Assembly: GCA_964057225.1 (NCBI GenBank)
Contig: CAXKVF010000074.1
Span: 124,001-188,000 of the forward strand
Source: Auanema rhodensis
Lineage: Eukaryota > Animalia > Nematoda
Reading direction: 5' to 3'
Length of the DNA: 64,000 nucleotides
The translations under genes and the position numbers were made by a program. This document shows, one piece after another, positions 25,534-40,483 of this stretch. The notes under the pieces were generated by a model that worked only from the letters and a program-made list of their open reading frames with translations, ran no database searches and had not been told where the DNA came from. How positions within the stretch are numbered: the first letter of the stretch is position 1; each line of letters opens with the position of its first letter.

Positions 25534-28500
25534 TTCACGTGAAAGATAAAGAGATGCGGTTTTCAAAATTAGATTCCCCATGTCCATATTAGTCTAAAAA
25601 CAAATTTTTATTGATATTGGTGCATGGTAACCATGACTTTGAAATTTACGTGAACTTTAATTTATGCTAATTAAATGTACACTTGATGTGCACTTGGTAT
25701 GTAACTCGCTTCACGTGAAAGATAAAGAGATGCGGTTTTCAACATTAGATTCCCCATGTCCATATTAGTCTAAAAACAAATTTTTATTGATATTGGTTCA
25801 TGGTAACCATGACTTTGAAATTTACGTGAACTTTAATTTATGCTAATTAAATGTACACGTGATGTGCACTTGGTATGTAACTCGCTTCACGTGAAAGATA
25901 AAGAAATGCGGTTTTCAAAATTAGATTCCCCATGTCCATATTAGTCTAAAAACAAATTTTTATTGATATTGGTGCATGGTAACCATGACTTTGAAATTTA
26001 CGTTAACTTTAATTTATGCTAATTAAATGTACACGTGATGTGCACTTGGTATGTAACTCGCTTCACGTGAAAGATAAAGAGATGCGGTTTTCAAAATTAG
26101 ATTCCCCATGTCCATATTAGTCTAAAAACAAATTTTTATTGATATTGGTTCATGGTAATCATGACTTTGAAATTTACGTGAACTTTAATTTATGCTAATT
26201 AAATGTACACGTGATGTGCACTTGGTTTGTAACTCGCTTCACGTGAAAGATAAAGAGATGCGGTTTTCAAAATTAGATTCCCCATGTCCATATTAGTCTA
26301 AAAACAAATTTTTATTGATATTGGTTCATGGTAACCATGACTTTGAAATTTACGTGAACTTTAATTTATGCTAATTAAATGTACACGTGATGTGCACTTG
26401 GTATGTAACTCGCTTCACGTGAAAGATAAAGAGATGCGGTTTTCAAAATTAGATTCCCCATGTCCATATTAGTCTAAAAACAAATTTTTATTGATATTAG
26501 TTCATGGTAACCATGACTTTGAAATTTACGTGAACTTTAATTTATGCTAATTAAATGTACACGTGATGTGCACTTGGTATGTAACTCGCTTCACGTGAAA
26601 GATAAAGAGATGCGGTTTTCAAAATTAGATTCCCCATGTCCATATTAGTCTAAAAACAAATTTTTATTGATATTGGTTCATGGTAACCATGACTTTGAAA
26701 TTTACGTGAACTTTAATTTATGCTAATTAAATGTACACGTGATGTGCACTTGGTATGTAACTCGCTTCACGTGAAAGATAAAAAAATGCGGTTTTCAAAA
26801 TTAGATTCCCCATGTCCATATTAGTCTAAAAACAAATTTTTATTGATATTAGTTCATGGTAACCATGACTTTGAAATTTACGTGAACTTTAATTTATGCT
26901 AATTAAATGTACACGTGATGTGCACTTGGTATGTAACTCGCTTCACGTGAAAGATAAAGAGATGCGGTTTTCAAAATTAGATTCCCCATGTCCATATTAG
27001 TCTAAAAACAAATTTTTATTGATATTGATTCATGGTAACCATGACTTTGAAATTTACGTGAACTTTAATTTATGCTAATTAAATGTACACGTGATGTGCA
27101 CTTGGTATGTAACTCGCTTCACGTGAAAGATAAAGAGATGCGGTTTTCAAAATTAGATTCCCCATGTCCATATTAGTCTAAAAACAAATTTTTATTGATA
27201 TTGGTTCATGGTAACCATGACTTTGAAATTTACGTGAACTTTAATTTATGCTAATTAAATGTACACGTGATGTGCACTTGGTATGTAACTCGCTTCACGT
27301 AAAAGAAAAAGAGATGCGGTTTTCAAAATTAGATTCCCCATGTCCATATTAGTCTAAAAACAAATTTTTATTGATATTGGTTCATGGTAACCATGACTTT
27401 GAAATTTACGTGAACTTTAATTTATGCTAATTAAATGTACACGTGATGTGCACTTGGTATGTAACTCGCTTCACGTGAAAGATAAAGAGATGCGGTTTTC
27501 AAAATTAGATTCCCCATGTCCATATTAGTCTAAAAACAAATTTTTATTGATATTGGTGCATGGTAACCATGACTTTGAAATTTACGTGAACTTTAATTTA
27601 TGCTAATTAAATGTACACGTGATGTGCACTTGGTATGTAACTCGCTTCACGTGAAAGATAAAGAGATGCGGTTTTCAAAATTAGATTCCCCATGTCCATA
27701 TTAGTCTTAAAACAAATTTTTATTGATATTGGTGCATGGTAACCATGACTTTGAAATTTACGTGAACTTTAATTTATGCTAATTAAATGTACACGTGATG
27801 TGCACTTGGTATGTAACTCGCTTCACGTGAAAGATAAAGAGATGCGGTTTTCAAAATTAGATTCCCCATGTCCATATTAGTCTAAAAACAAATTTTTATT
27901 GATATTGGTTCATGGTAACCATGACTTTGAAATTTACGTGAACTTTAATTTATGCTAATTAAATGTACACGTGATGTGCACTTGGTATGTAACTCGCATC
28001 ACGTGAAAGATAAAGAGATGCGGTTTTCAAAATTAGATTCCCCATGTCCATATTAGTCTAAAAACAAATTTTTATTGATATTGGTGCATGGTAACCATGA
28101 CTTTGAAATTTACGTGAACTTTAATTTATGCTAATTAAATGTACACGTGATGTGCACTTGGTATGTAACTCGCTTCACGTGAAAGATAAAGAGATGCGGT
28201 TTTCAAAATTAGATTCCCCATGTCCATATTAGTCTAAAAACAAATTTTTATTGATATTGGTTCATGGTAACCATGACTTTGAAATTTACGTGAACTTTAA
28301 TTAATGCTAATTAAATGTACACGTGATGTGCACTTGGTTTGTAACTCGCTTCACGTGAAAGATAAAGAGATCCGGTTTTCAAAATTAGATTCCCCATGTT
28401 CATATTAGTCTAAAAACAAATTTTTATTGATATTGCTTCATGGTAACCATGACTTTGAAATTTACGTGAACTTTAATTTATGCTAATTAAATGTACACGT

Positions 28501-31500
28501 GATGTGCACTTGGTATGTAACTCGCTTCACGTGAAAGATAAAAAGATGCGGTTTTCAAAATTAGATTCCCCATGTCCATATTAGTCTAAAAACAAATTTT
28601 TATTGATATTGGTTCATGGTAACCATAACTTTGAATTTTACGTGAACTTTAATTTATGCTAATTAAATGTACACGTGATGTGCACTTGGTATGTAACTCG
28701 CTTCACGTGAAAGATAAAGAAATGCGGTTTTCAAAATTAGATTCCCCATGTCCATATTAGTCTAAAAACAAATTTTTATTGATATTGGTTCATGGTAACC
28801 ATGACTTTGAAATTTACGTGAACTTTAATTTATGCTAATTAAATGTACACGTGATGTGCACTTGGTATGTAACTCGCTTCACGTGAAAGATAAAGAGATG
28901 CGGTTTTCAAAATTAGATTCCTCATGTCCATATTAGTCTAAAAACAAATTTTTATTGATATTGCTTCATGGTAACCATGACTTTGAAATTTACGTGAACT
29001 TTAATTTATGCTAATTAAATGTACACGTGATGTGCACTTGGTGTGTAACTCGCTTCACGTGAAAGATAAAAAGATGCGGTTTTCAAAATTAGATTCCCCA
29101 TGTCCATATTAGTCTAAAAACAAATTTTTATTGATATTGGTGCATGGTAACCATGACTTTGAAATTTACGTGAACTTTAATTTATGCTAATTAAATGTAC
29201 ACGTGATGTGCACTTGGTATGTAACTCGCTTCACGTGAAAGATGAAGAGATGCGGTTTTCAAAATTAGATTCCCCATGTCCATATTAGTCTAAAAACAAA
29301 TTTTTATTGATATTGGTTCATGGTAACCATGACTTTGAAATTTACGTGAACTTTCATTTATGCTAATTAAATGTACACGTGATGTGCACTTGGTATGTAA
29401 CTCGCTTCACGTGAAAGATAAAGAGATGCGGTTTTCAAAATTAGATTCCCCATGTCCATATTAGTCTAAAAACAAATTTTTATTGATATTGGTGCATGGT
29501 AACCATGACTTTGAAATTTACGTGAACTTTAATTTATGCTAATTAAATGTACACTTGATGTGCACTTGGTATGTAACTCGCTTCACGTGAAAGATAAAGA
29601 GATGCGGTTTTCAACATTAGATTCCCCATGTCCATATTAGTCTAAAAACAAATTTTTATTGATATTGGTTCATGGTAACCATGACTTTGAAATTTACGTG
29701 AACTTTAATTTATGCTAATTAAATGTACACGTGATGTGCACTTGGTATGTAACTCGCTTCACGTGAAAGATAAAGAAATGCGGTTTTCAAAATTAGATTC
29801 CCCATGTCCATATTAGTCTAAAAACAAATTTTTATTGATATTGGTGCATGGTAACCATGACTTTGAAATTTACGTTAACTTTAATTTATGCTAATTAAAT
29901 GTACACGTGATGTGCACTTGGTATGTAACTCGCTTCACGTGAAAGATAAAGAGATGCGGTTTTCAAAATTAGATTCCCCATGTCCATATTAGTCTAAAAA
30001 CAAATTTTTATTGATATTGGTTCATGGTAATCATGACTTTGAAATTTACGTGAACTTTAATTTATGCTAATTAAATGTACACGTGATGTGCACTTGGTTT
30101 GTAACTCGCTTCACGTGAAAGATAAAGAGATGCGGTTTTCAAAATTAGATTCCCCATGTCCATATTAGTCTAAAAACAAATTTTTATTGATATTGGTTCA
30201 TGGTAACCATGACTTTGAAATTTACGTGAACTTTAATTTATGCTAATTAAATGTACACGTGATGTGCACTTGGTATGTAACTCGCTTCACGTGAAAGATA
30301 AAGAGATGCGGTTTTCAAAATTAGATTCCCCATGTCCATATTAGTCTAAAAACAAATTTTTATTGATATTAGTTCATGGTAACCATGACTTTGAAATTTA
30401 CGTGAACTTTAATTTATGCTAATTAAATGTACACGTGATGTGCACTTGGTATGTAACTCGCTTCACGTGAAAGATAAAGAGATGCGGTTTTCAAAATTAG
30501 ATTCCCCATGTCCATATTAGTCTAAAAACAAATTTTTATTGATATTGGTTCATGGTAACCATGACTTTGAAATTTACGTGAACTTTAATTTATGCTAATT
30601 AAATGTACACGTGATGTGCACTTGGTATGTAACTCGCTTCACGTGAAAGATAAAAAAATGCGGTTTTCAAAATTAGATTCCCCATGTCCATATTAGTCTA
30701 AAAACAAATTTTTATTGATATTAGTTCATGGTAACCATGACTTTGAAATTTACGTGAACTTTAATTTATGCTAATTAAATGTACACGTGATGTGCACTTG
30801 GTATGTAACTCGCTTCACGTGAAAGATAAAGAGATGCGGTTTTCAAAATTAGATTCCCCATGTCCATATTAGTCTAAAAACAAATTTTTATTGATATTGA
30901 TTCATGGTAACCATGACTTTGAAATTTACGTGAACTTTAATTTATGCTAATTAAATGTACACGTGATGTGCACTTGGTATGTAACTCGCTTCACGTGAAA
31001 GATAAAGAGATGCGGTTTTCAAAATTAGATTCCCCATGTCCATATTAGTCTAAAAACAAATTTTTATTGATATTGGTTCATGGTAACCATGACTTTGAAA
31101 TTTACGTGAACTTTAATTTATGCTAATTAAATGTACACGTGATGTGCACTTGGTATGTAACTCGCTTCACGTAAAAGAAAAAGAGATGCGGTTTTCAAAA
31201 TTAGATTCCCCATGTCCATATTAGTCTAAAAACAAATTTTTATTGATATTGGTTCATGGTAACCATGACTTTGAAATTTACGTGAACTTTAATTTATGCT
31301 AATTAAATGTACACGTGATGTGCACTTGGTATGTAACTCGCTTCACGTGAAAGATAAAGAGATGCGGTTTTCAAAATTAGATTCCCCATGTCCATATTAG
31401 TCTAAAAACAAATTTTTATTGATATTGGTGCATGGTAACCATGACTTTGAAATTTACGTGAACTTTAATTTATGCTAATTAAATGTACACGTGATGTGCA

Positions 31501-33426
31501 CTTGGTATGTAACTCGCTTCACGTGAAAGATAAAGAGATGCGGTTTTCAAAATTAGATTCCCCATGTCCATATTAGTCTTAAAACAAATTTTTATTGATA
31601 TTGGTGCATGGTAACCATGACTTTGAAATTTACGTGAACTTTAATTTATGCTAATTAAATGTACACGTGATGTGCACTTGGTATGTAACTCGCTTCACGT
31701 GAAAGATAAAGAGATGCGGTTTTCAAAATTAGATTCCCCATGTCCATATTAGTCTAAAAACAAATTTTTATTGATATTGGTTCATGGTAACCATGACTTT
31801 GAAATTTACGTGAACTTTAATTTATGCTAATTAAATGTACACGTGATGTGCACTTGGTATGTAACTCGCATCACGTGAAAGATAAAGAGATGCGGTTTTC
31901 AAAATTAGATTCCCCATGTCCATATTAGTCTAAAAACAAATTTTTATTGATATTGGTGCATGGTAACCATGACTTTGAAATTTACGTGAACTTTAATTTA
32001 TGCTAATTAAATGTACACGTGATGTGCACTTGGTATGTAACTCGCTTCACGTGAAAGATAAAGAGATGCGGTTTTCAAAATTAGATTCCCCATGTCCATA
32101 TTAGTCTAAAAACAAATTTTTATTGATATTGGTTCATGGTAACCATGACTTTGAAATTTACGTGAACTTTAATTAATGCTAATTAAATGTACACGTGATG
32201 TGCACTTGGTTTGTAACTCGCTTCACGTGAAAGATAAAGAGATCCGGTTTTCAAAATTAGATTCCCCATGTTCATATTAGTCTAAAAACAAATTTTTATT
32301 GATATTGCTTCATGGTAACCATGACTTTGAAATTTACGTGAACTTTAATTTATGCTAATTAAATGTACACGTGATGTGCACTTGGTATGTAACTCGCTTC
32401 ACGTGAAAGATAAAAAGATGCGGTTTTCAAAATTAGATTCCCCATGTCCATATTAGTCTAAAAACAAATTTTTATTGATATTGGTTCATGGTAACCATAA
32501 CTTTGAATTTTACGTGAACTTTAATTTATGCTAATTAAATGTACACGTGATGTGCACTTGGTATGTAACTCGCTTCACGTGAAAGATAAAGAAATGCGGT
32601 TTTCAAAATTAGATTCCCCATGTCCATATTAGTCTAAAAACAAATTTTTATTGATATTGGTTCATGGTAACCATGACTTTGAAATTTACGTGAACTTTAA
32701 TTTATGCTAATTAAATGTACACGTGATGTGCACTTGGTATGTAACTCGCTTCACGTGAAAGATAAAGAGATGCGGTTTTCAAAATTAGATTCCTCATGTC
32801 CATATTAGTCTAAAAACAAATTTTTATTGATATTGCTTCATGGTAACCATGACTTTGAAATTTACGTGAACTTTAATTTATGCTAATTAAATGTACACGT
32901 GATGTGCACTTGGTGTGTAACTCGCTTCACGTGAAAGATAAAAAGATGCGGTTTTCAAAATTAGATTCCCCATGTCCATATTAGTCTAAAAACAAATTTT
33001 TATTGATATTGGTGCATGGTAACCATGACTTTGAAATTTACGTGAACTTTAATTTATGCTAATTAAATGTACACGTGATGTGCACTTGGTATGTAACTCG
33101 CTTCACGTGAAAGATGAAGAGATGCGGTTTTCAAAATTAGATTCCCCATGTCCATATTAGTCTAAAAACAAATTTTTATTGATATTGGTTCATGGTAACC
33201 ATGACTTTGAAATTTACGTGAACTTTCATTTATGCTAATTAAATGTACACGTGATGTGCACTTGGTATGTAACTCGCTTCACGTGAAAGATAAAGAGATG
33301 CGGTTTTCAAAATTAGATTCCCCATGTCCATATTAGTCTAAAAACAAATTTTTATTGATATTGGTGCATGGTAACCATGACTTTGAAATTTACGTGAACT
33401 TTAATTTATGCTAATTAAATGTACAC
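25534..33426 (+). repeat. Apparently perfect tandem duplication of a 22-monomer unit (3872 bp)
   Basis: Private SNP pairs all offset by 3872: 25743/29615, 26004/29876, 26159/30031, 27028/30900, 27998/31870, 28400/32272, 29043/32915. I saw no differences between copies by eye. Confidence 0.93.
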
Positions 33427-34323
33427 GTGATGTGCACTTGGTATGTAACTCGCTTCACGTGAAAGATGAAGAGATGCGGTTCTCAAAATTAGATTCCCCA
33501 TGTCCATATTAGTCTAAAAACAAATTTTTATTGATATTGGTGCATGGTAACCATGACTTTGAAATTTACGTGAACTTTAATTTATGCTAATTAAATGTAC
33601 ACGTGATGTGCACTTGGTATGCAACTCGCTTCACGTGAAAGATAAAGAGATGCGGTTTTCAAAATTAGATTTCCCATGTCCATATTAGTCTAAAAACAAA
33701 TTTTTATTGATATTGGTGCATGGTAACCATGACTTTGAAATTTACGTGAACTTCAATTTATGCTAATTAAATGTACACGTGATGTGCACTTGGTATGTAA
33801 CTCGCTTCACGTGAAAGATAAAGAGATGCGGTTTTCAAAATTAGATTCCCCATGTCCATATTAGTCTAAAAACAAATTTTTATTGATATTGGTTCATGGT
33901 AACCATGACTTTGAAATTTACGTGAACTTTAATTTATGCTAATTAAATGTACACGTGATGTGCACTTGGTATGTAACTCGCTTCACGTGAAAGATAAAGA
34001 GATGCGGTTTTCAAAATTAGATTCCCCATGTCCATATTAGTCTAAAAACAAATTTTTATTGATATTGGTGCATGGTAACCATGACTTTGAAATTTACGTG
34101 AACTTTAATTTATGCTAATTAAATGTACACCTGATGTGCACTTGGTATGTAACTCGCTTCACGTGAAAGATGAAGAGATGCCGTTTTCAAAATTAGATTC
34201 CCCATGTCCATATTAGTCTAAAAACAAATTTTTATTGATATTGGTGCATGGTAACCATGACTTTGAAATTTACGTGAACTTTAATTTATGCTAATTAAAT
34301 GTACACGTGATGTGCACTTGGTA

Positions 34324-37139
34324 TGTAACTCGCTTCACGTGAAAGATAAAGAGATGCGGTTTTCAAAATTAGATTCCCCATGTCCATATTAGTCTAAAAA
34401 CAAATTTTTATTGATATTGGTGCATGGTAACCATGACTTTGAAATTTACGTGAACTTTAATTTATGCTAATTAAATGTACACGTGATGTGCACTTGGTAT
34501 GTAACTCGCTTCACGTGAAAGATAAAGAGATGCGGTTTTCAAAATTAGATTCCCCATGTCCATATTAGTCTTAAAACAAATTTTTATTGATATTGGTGCA
34601 TGGTAACCATGACTTTGAAATTTACGTGAACTTTAATTTATGCTAATTAAATGTACACGTGATGTGCACTTGGTATGTAACTCGCTTCACGTGAAAGATA
34701 AAGAGATGCGGTTTTCAAAATTAGATTCCCCATGTCCATATTAGTCTAAAAACAAATTTTTATTGATATTGGTGCATGGTAACCATGACTTTGAAATTTA
34801 CGTGAACTTTAATTTATGCTAATTAAATGTACACGTGATGTGCACTTGGTATGTAACTCGCTTCACGTGAAAGATAAAGAGATGCGGTTTTCAAAATTAG
34901 ATTCCCCATGTCCATATTAGTCTAAAAACAAATTTTTATTGATATTGGTTCATGGTAACCATGACTTTGAAATTTACGTGAACTTTAATTAATGCTAATT
35001 AAATGTACACGTGATGTGCACTTGGTTTGTAACTCGCTTCACGTGAAAGATAAAGAGATCCGGTTTTCAAAATTAGATTCCCCATGTCCATATTAGTCTA
35101 AAAACAAATTTTTATTGATATTGCTTCATGGTAACCATGACTTTGAAATTTACGTGAACTTTAATTTATGCTAATTAAATGTACACGTGATGTGCACTTG
35201 GTATGTAACTCGCTTCACGTGAAAGATAAAGAGATGCGGTTTTCAAAATTAGATTTCCCATGTCCATATTAGTCTAAAAACAAATTTTTATTGATATTGG
35301 TTCATGGTAACCATAACTTTGAATTTTACGTGAACTTTAATTTATGCTAATTAAATGTACACGTGATGTGCACTTGGTATGTAACTCGCTTCACGTGAAA
35401 GATAAAGAAATGCGGTTTTCAAAATTAGATTCCCCATGTCCATATTAGTCTAAAAACAAATTTTTATTGATATTGGTTCATGGTAACCATGACTTTGAAA
35501 TTTACGTGAACTTTAATTTATGCTAATTAAATGTACACGTGATGTGCACTTGGTATGTAACTCGCTTCACGTGAAAGATAAAGAGATGCGGTTTTCAAAA
35601 TTAGATTCCCTATGTCCATATTAGTCTAAAAACAAATTTTTATTGATATTGCTTCATGGTAACCATGACTTTGAAATTTACGTGAACTTTAATTTATGCT
35701 AATTAAATGTACACGTGATGTGCACTTGGTATGTAACTCGCTTCACGTGAAAGATAAAAAGATGCGGTTTTCAAAATTAGATTCTTCATGTCCATATTAG
35801 TCTAAAAACAAATTTTTATTGATATTGGTGCATGGTAACCATGACTTTGAAATTTACGTGAACTTTAATTTATGCTAATTAAATGTACACGTGATGTGCA
35901 CTTGGTATGTAACTCGCTTCACGTGAAAGATGAAGAGATGCGGTTTTCAAAATTAGATTCCCCATGTCCATATTAGTCTAAAAACAAATTTTTATTGATA
36001 TTGGTTCATGGTAACCATGACTTTGAAATTTACGTGAACTTTCATTTATGCTAATTAAATGTACACGTGATGTGCACTTGGTTTGTAACTCGCTTCACGT
36101 GAAAGATAAAGAGATGCGGTTTTCAAAATTAGATTCCCCATGTCCATATTAGTCTAAAAACAAATTTTTATTGATATTGGTGCATGGTAACCATGACTTT
36201 AAAATTTACGTGAACTTTAATTTATGCTAATTAAATGTACACGTGATGTGCACTTGGTATGTAACTCGCTTCTCGTGAAAGATAAAGAGATGCGGTTTTC
36301 AAAATTAGATTCCCCATGTCCATATTAGTCTAAAAACAAATTTTTATTGATATTGGTTCATGGTAACCATGACTTTGAAATTTACGTGAACTTTAATTTA
36401 TGCCAATTAAATGTACACGTGATGTGCACTTGGTATGTAACTCGCTTCACGTGAAAGATAAAGAGATGCGGTTTTCAAAATTAGATTCCCCATGTCCATA
36501 TTAGTCTAAAAACAAATTTTTATTGATATTGGTGCATGGTAACCATGACTTTGAAATTTACGTGAACTTTAATTTATGCTAATTAAATGTACACGTGATG
36601 TGCACTTGGTATGTAACTCGCTTCACGTGAAAGATGAAGAGATGCGGTTTTCAAAATTAGATTCCCCATGTCCATATTAGTCTAAAAACAAATTTTTATT
36701 GATATTGGTGCATGGTAACCATGACTTTGAAATTTACGTGAACTTTAATTTATGCTAATTAAATGTACACGTGATGTGCACTTGGTATGCAACTCGCTTC
36801 ACGTGAAAGATAAAGAGATGCGGTTTTCAAAATTAGATTCCCCATGTCCATATTAGTCTAAAAACAAATTTTTATTGATATTGGTGCATGGTAACCATGA
36901 CTTTGAAATTTACGTGAACTTCAATTTATGCTAATTAAATGTACACGTGATGTGCACTTGGTATGTAACTCGCTTCACGTGAAAGATAAAGAGATGCGGT
37001 TTTCAAAATTTGATTCTCCATGTCCATATTAGTCTAAAAACAAATTTTTATTGATATTGGTTCATGGTAACCATGACTTTGAAATTTACGTGAACTTTAA
37101 TTTATGCTAATTAAATGTACACGTGATGTGCACTTGGTA
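34324..37139 (+). repeat. 16-monomer block, duplicated at 40484-43299 (offset 6160 bp = 35 monomers)
   Basis: A73T 34572/40732, G33C 35060/41220, G118A 36201/42361, T145C 36404/42564. Several copy-specific SNPs are present. Confidence 0.87.
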
Positions 37140-40100
37140 TGTAACTCGCTTCACGTGAAAGATAAAGAGATGCGGTTTTCAAAATTAGATTCCCCATGTC
37201 CATATTAGTCTAAAAACAAATTTTTATTGATATTGGTGCATGGTAACCATGACTTTGAAATTTACGTGAACTTTAATTTATGCTAATTAAATGTACACGT
37301 GATGTGCACTTGGTATGTAACTCGCTTCACGTGAAAGATGAAGAGATGCCGTTTTCAAAATTAGATTCCCCATGTCCATATTAGTCTAAAAACAAATTTT
37401 TATTGATATTGGTGCATGGTAACCATGACTTTGAAATTTACGTGAACTTTAATTTATGCTAATTAAATGTACACGTGATGTGCACTTGGTATGTAACTCG
37501 CTTCACGTGAAAGATGAAGAGATGCGGTTTTCAAAATTAGATTCCCCATGTCCATATTAGTCTAAAAACAAATTTTTATTGATATTGGTGCATGGTAACC
37601 ATGACTTTGAAATTTACGTGAACTTTAATTTATGCTAATTAAATGTACACGTGATGTGCACTTGGTATGTAACTCGTTTCACGTGAAAGATAAAGAGATG
37701 AGGTTTTCAAAATTAGATTCCCCATGTCCATATTAGTCTAAAAACAAATTTTTATTGATATTGGTGCATGGTAACCATGACTTTGAAATTTACGTGAACT
37801 TTAATTTATGCTAATTAAATGTACACGTGATGTGCACTTGGTATGTAACTCGCTTCACGTGAAAGATAAAGAGATGCGGTTTTCAAAATTAGATTCCCCA
37901 TGTCCATATTAGTCTAAAAACAAATTTTTATTGATATTGGTGCATGGTAACCATGACTTTGAAATTTACGTGAACTTTAATTTATGCTAATTAAATGTAC
38001 ACGTGATGTGCACTTGGTATGTAACTCGCTTCACGTGAAAGATGAAGAGATGCCGTTTTCAAAATTAGATTCCCCATGTCCATATTAGTCTAAAAACAAA
38101 TTTTTATTGATATTGGTGCATGGTAACCATGACTTTGAAATTTACGTGAACTTTAATTTATCCTAATTAAATGCACACGTGATGTGCACTTGGTATGTAA
38201 CTCGCTTCACGTGAAAGATAAAGAGATGCGGTTTTCAAAATTAGATTCCCCATGTCCATATTAGTCTAAAAACAAATTTTTATTGATATTGGTTCATGGT
38301 AACCATGACTTTGAAATTTACGTGAACTTTAATTTATGCTAATTAAATGTACACGTGATGTGCACTTGGTATGTAACTCGCTTCACGTGAAAGATAAAGA
38401 GATGCGGTTTTCAAAATTAGATTCCCCATGTCCATATTAGTCTAAAAACAAATTTTTATTGATATTGGTGCATGGTAACCATGACTTTGAAATTTACGTG
38501 AACTTTAATTTATGCTAATTAAATGTACACGTGATGTGCACTTGGTATGTAACTCGCTTCACGTGAAAGATAAAGAGATGCGGTTTTCAAAATTAGATTC
38601 CCCATGTCCATATTAGTCTAAAAACAAATTTTTATTGATATTGGTGCATGGTAACCATGACTTTGAAATTTACGTGAACTTTAATTTATGCTAATTAAAT
38701 GTACACGTGATGTGCACTTGGTATGTAACTCGCTTCACGTGAAAGATGAAGAGATGCCGTTTTCAAAATTAGATTCCCCATGTCCATATTAGTCTAAAAA
38801 CAAATTTTTATTGATATTGGTGCATGGTAACCATGACTTTGAAATTTACGTGAACTTTAATTTATGCTAATTAAATGTACACGTGATGTGCACTTGGTAT
38901 GTAACTCGCTTCACGTGAAAGATAAAGAGATGCGGTTTTCAAAATTAGATTCCCCATGTCCATATTAGTCTAAAAACAAATTTTTATTGATATTGGTGCA
39001 TGGTAACCATGACTTTGAAATTTACGTGAACTTTAATTTATGCTAATTAAATGTACACGTGATGTGCACTTGGTATGTAACTCGCTTCACGTGAAAGATA
39101 AAGAGATGCGGTTTTCAAAATTAGATTCCCCATGTCCATATTAGTCTTAAAACAAATTTTTATTGATATTGGTGCATGGTAACCATGACTTTGAAATTTA
39201 CGTGAACTTTAATTTATGCTAATTAAATGTACACGTGATGTGCACTTGGTATGCAACTCGCTTCACGTGAAAGATAAAGAGATGCGGTTTTCAAAATTAG
39301 ATTCCCCATGTCCATATTAGTCTAAAAACAAATTTTTATTGATATTGATGCATGGTAACCATGACTTTGAAATTTACGTGAACTTTAATTTATGCTAATT
39401 AAATGTACACGTGATGTGCACTTGGTATGTAACTCGCTTCACGTGAAAGATGAAGAGATGCGGTTTTCAAAATTAGATTCCTCATGTCCATATTAGTCTA
39501 AAAACAAATTTTTATTGATATTGGTTCATGGTAACCATGACTTTGAAATTTACGTGAACTTTAATTTATGCTAATTAAATGTACACGTGATGTGCACTTG
39601 GTATGTAACTCGTTTCACGTGAAAGATAAAGAGATGAGGTTTTCAAAATTAGATTCCCCATGTCCATATTAGTCTAAAAACAAATTTTTATTGATATTGG
39701 TGCATGGTAACCATGACTTTGAAATTTACGTGAACTTTAATTTATGCTAATTAAATGTACACGTGATGTGCACTTGGTATGTAACTCGCTTCACGTGAAA
39801 GATAAAGAGATGCGGTTTTCAAAATTAGATTCCCCATGTCCATATTAGTCTAAAAACAAATTTTTATTGATATTGGTGCATGGTAACCATGACTTTGAAA
39901 TTTACGTGAACTTTAATTTATGCTAATTAAATGTACACGTGATGTGCACTTGGTATGTAACTCGCTTCACGTGAAAGATGAAGAGATGCCGTTTTCAAAA
40001 TTAGATTCCCCATGTCCATATTAGTCTAAAAACAAATTTTTATTGATATTGGTGCATGGTAACCATGACTTTGAAATTTACGTGAACTTTAATTTATGCT

Positions 40101-40483
40101 AATTAAATGTACACGTGATGTGCACTTGGTATGTAACTCGCTTCACGTGAAAGATAAAGAGATGCGGTTTTCAAAATTAGATTCCCCATGTCCATATTAG
40201 TCTAAAAACAAATTTTTATTGATATTGGTTCATGGTAACCATGACTTTGAAATTTACGTGAACTTTAATTTATGCTAATTAAATGTACACGTGATGTGCA
40301 CTTGGTATGTAACTCGCTTCACGTGAAAGATAAAGAGATGCGGTTTTCAAAATTAGATTCCCCATGTCCATATTAGTCTAAAAACAAATTTTTATTGATA
40401 TTGGTGCATGGTAACCATGACTTTGAAATTTACGTGAACTTTAATTTATGCTAATTAAATGTACACGTGATGTGCACTTGGTA

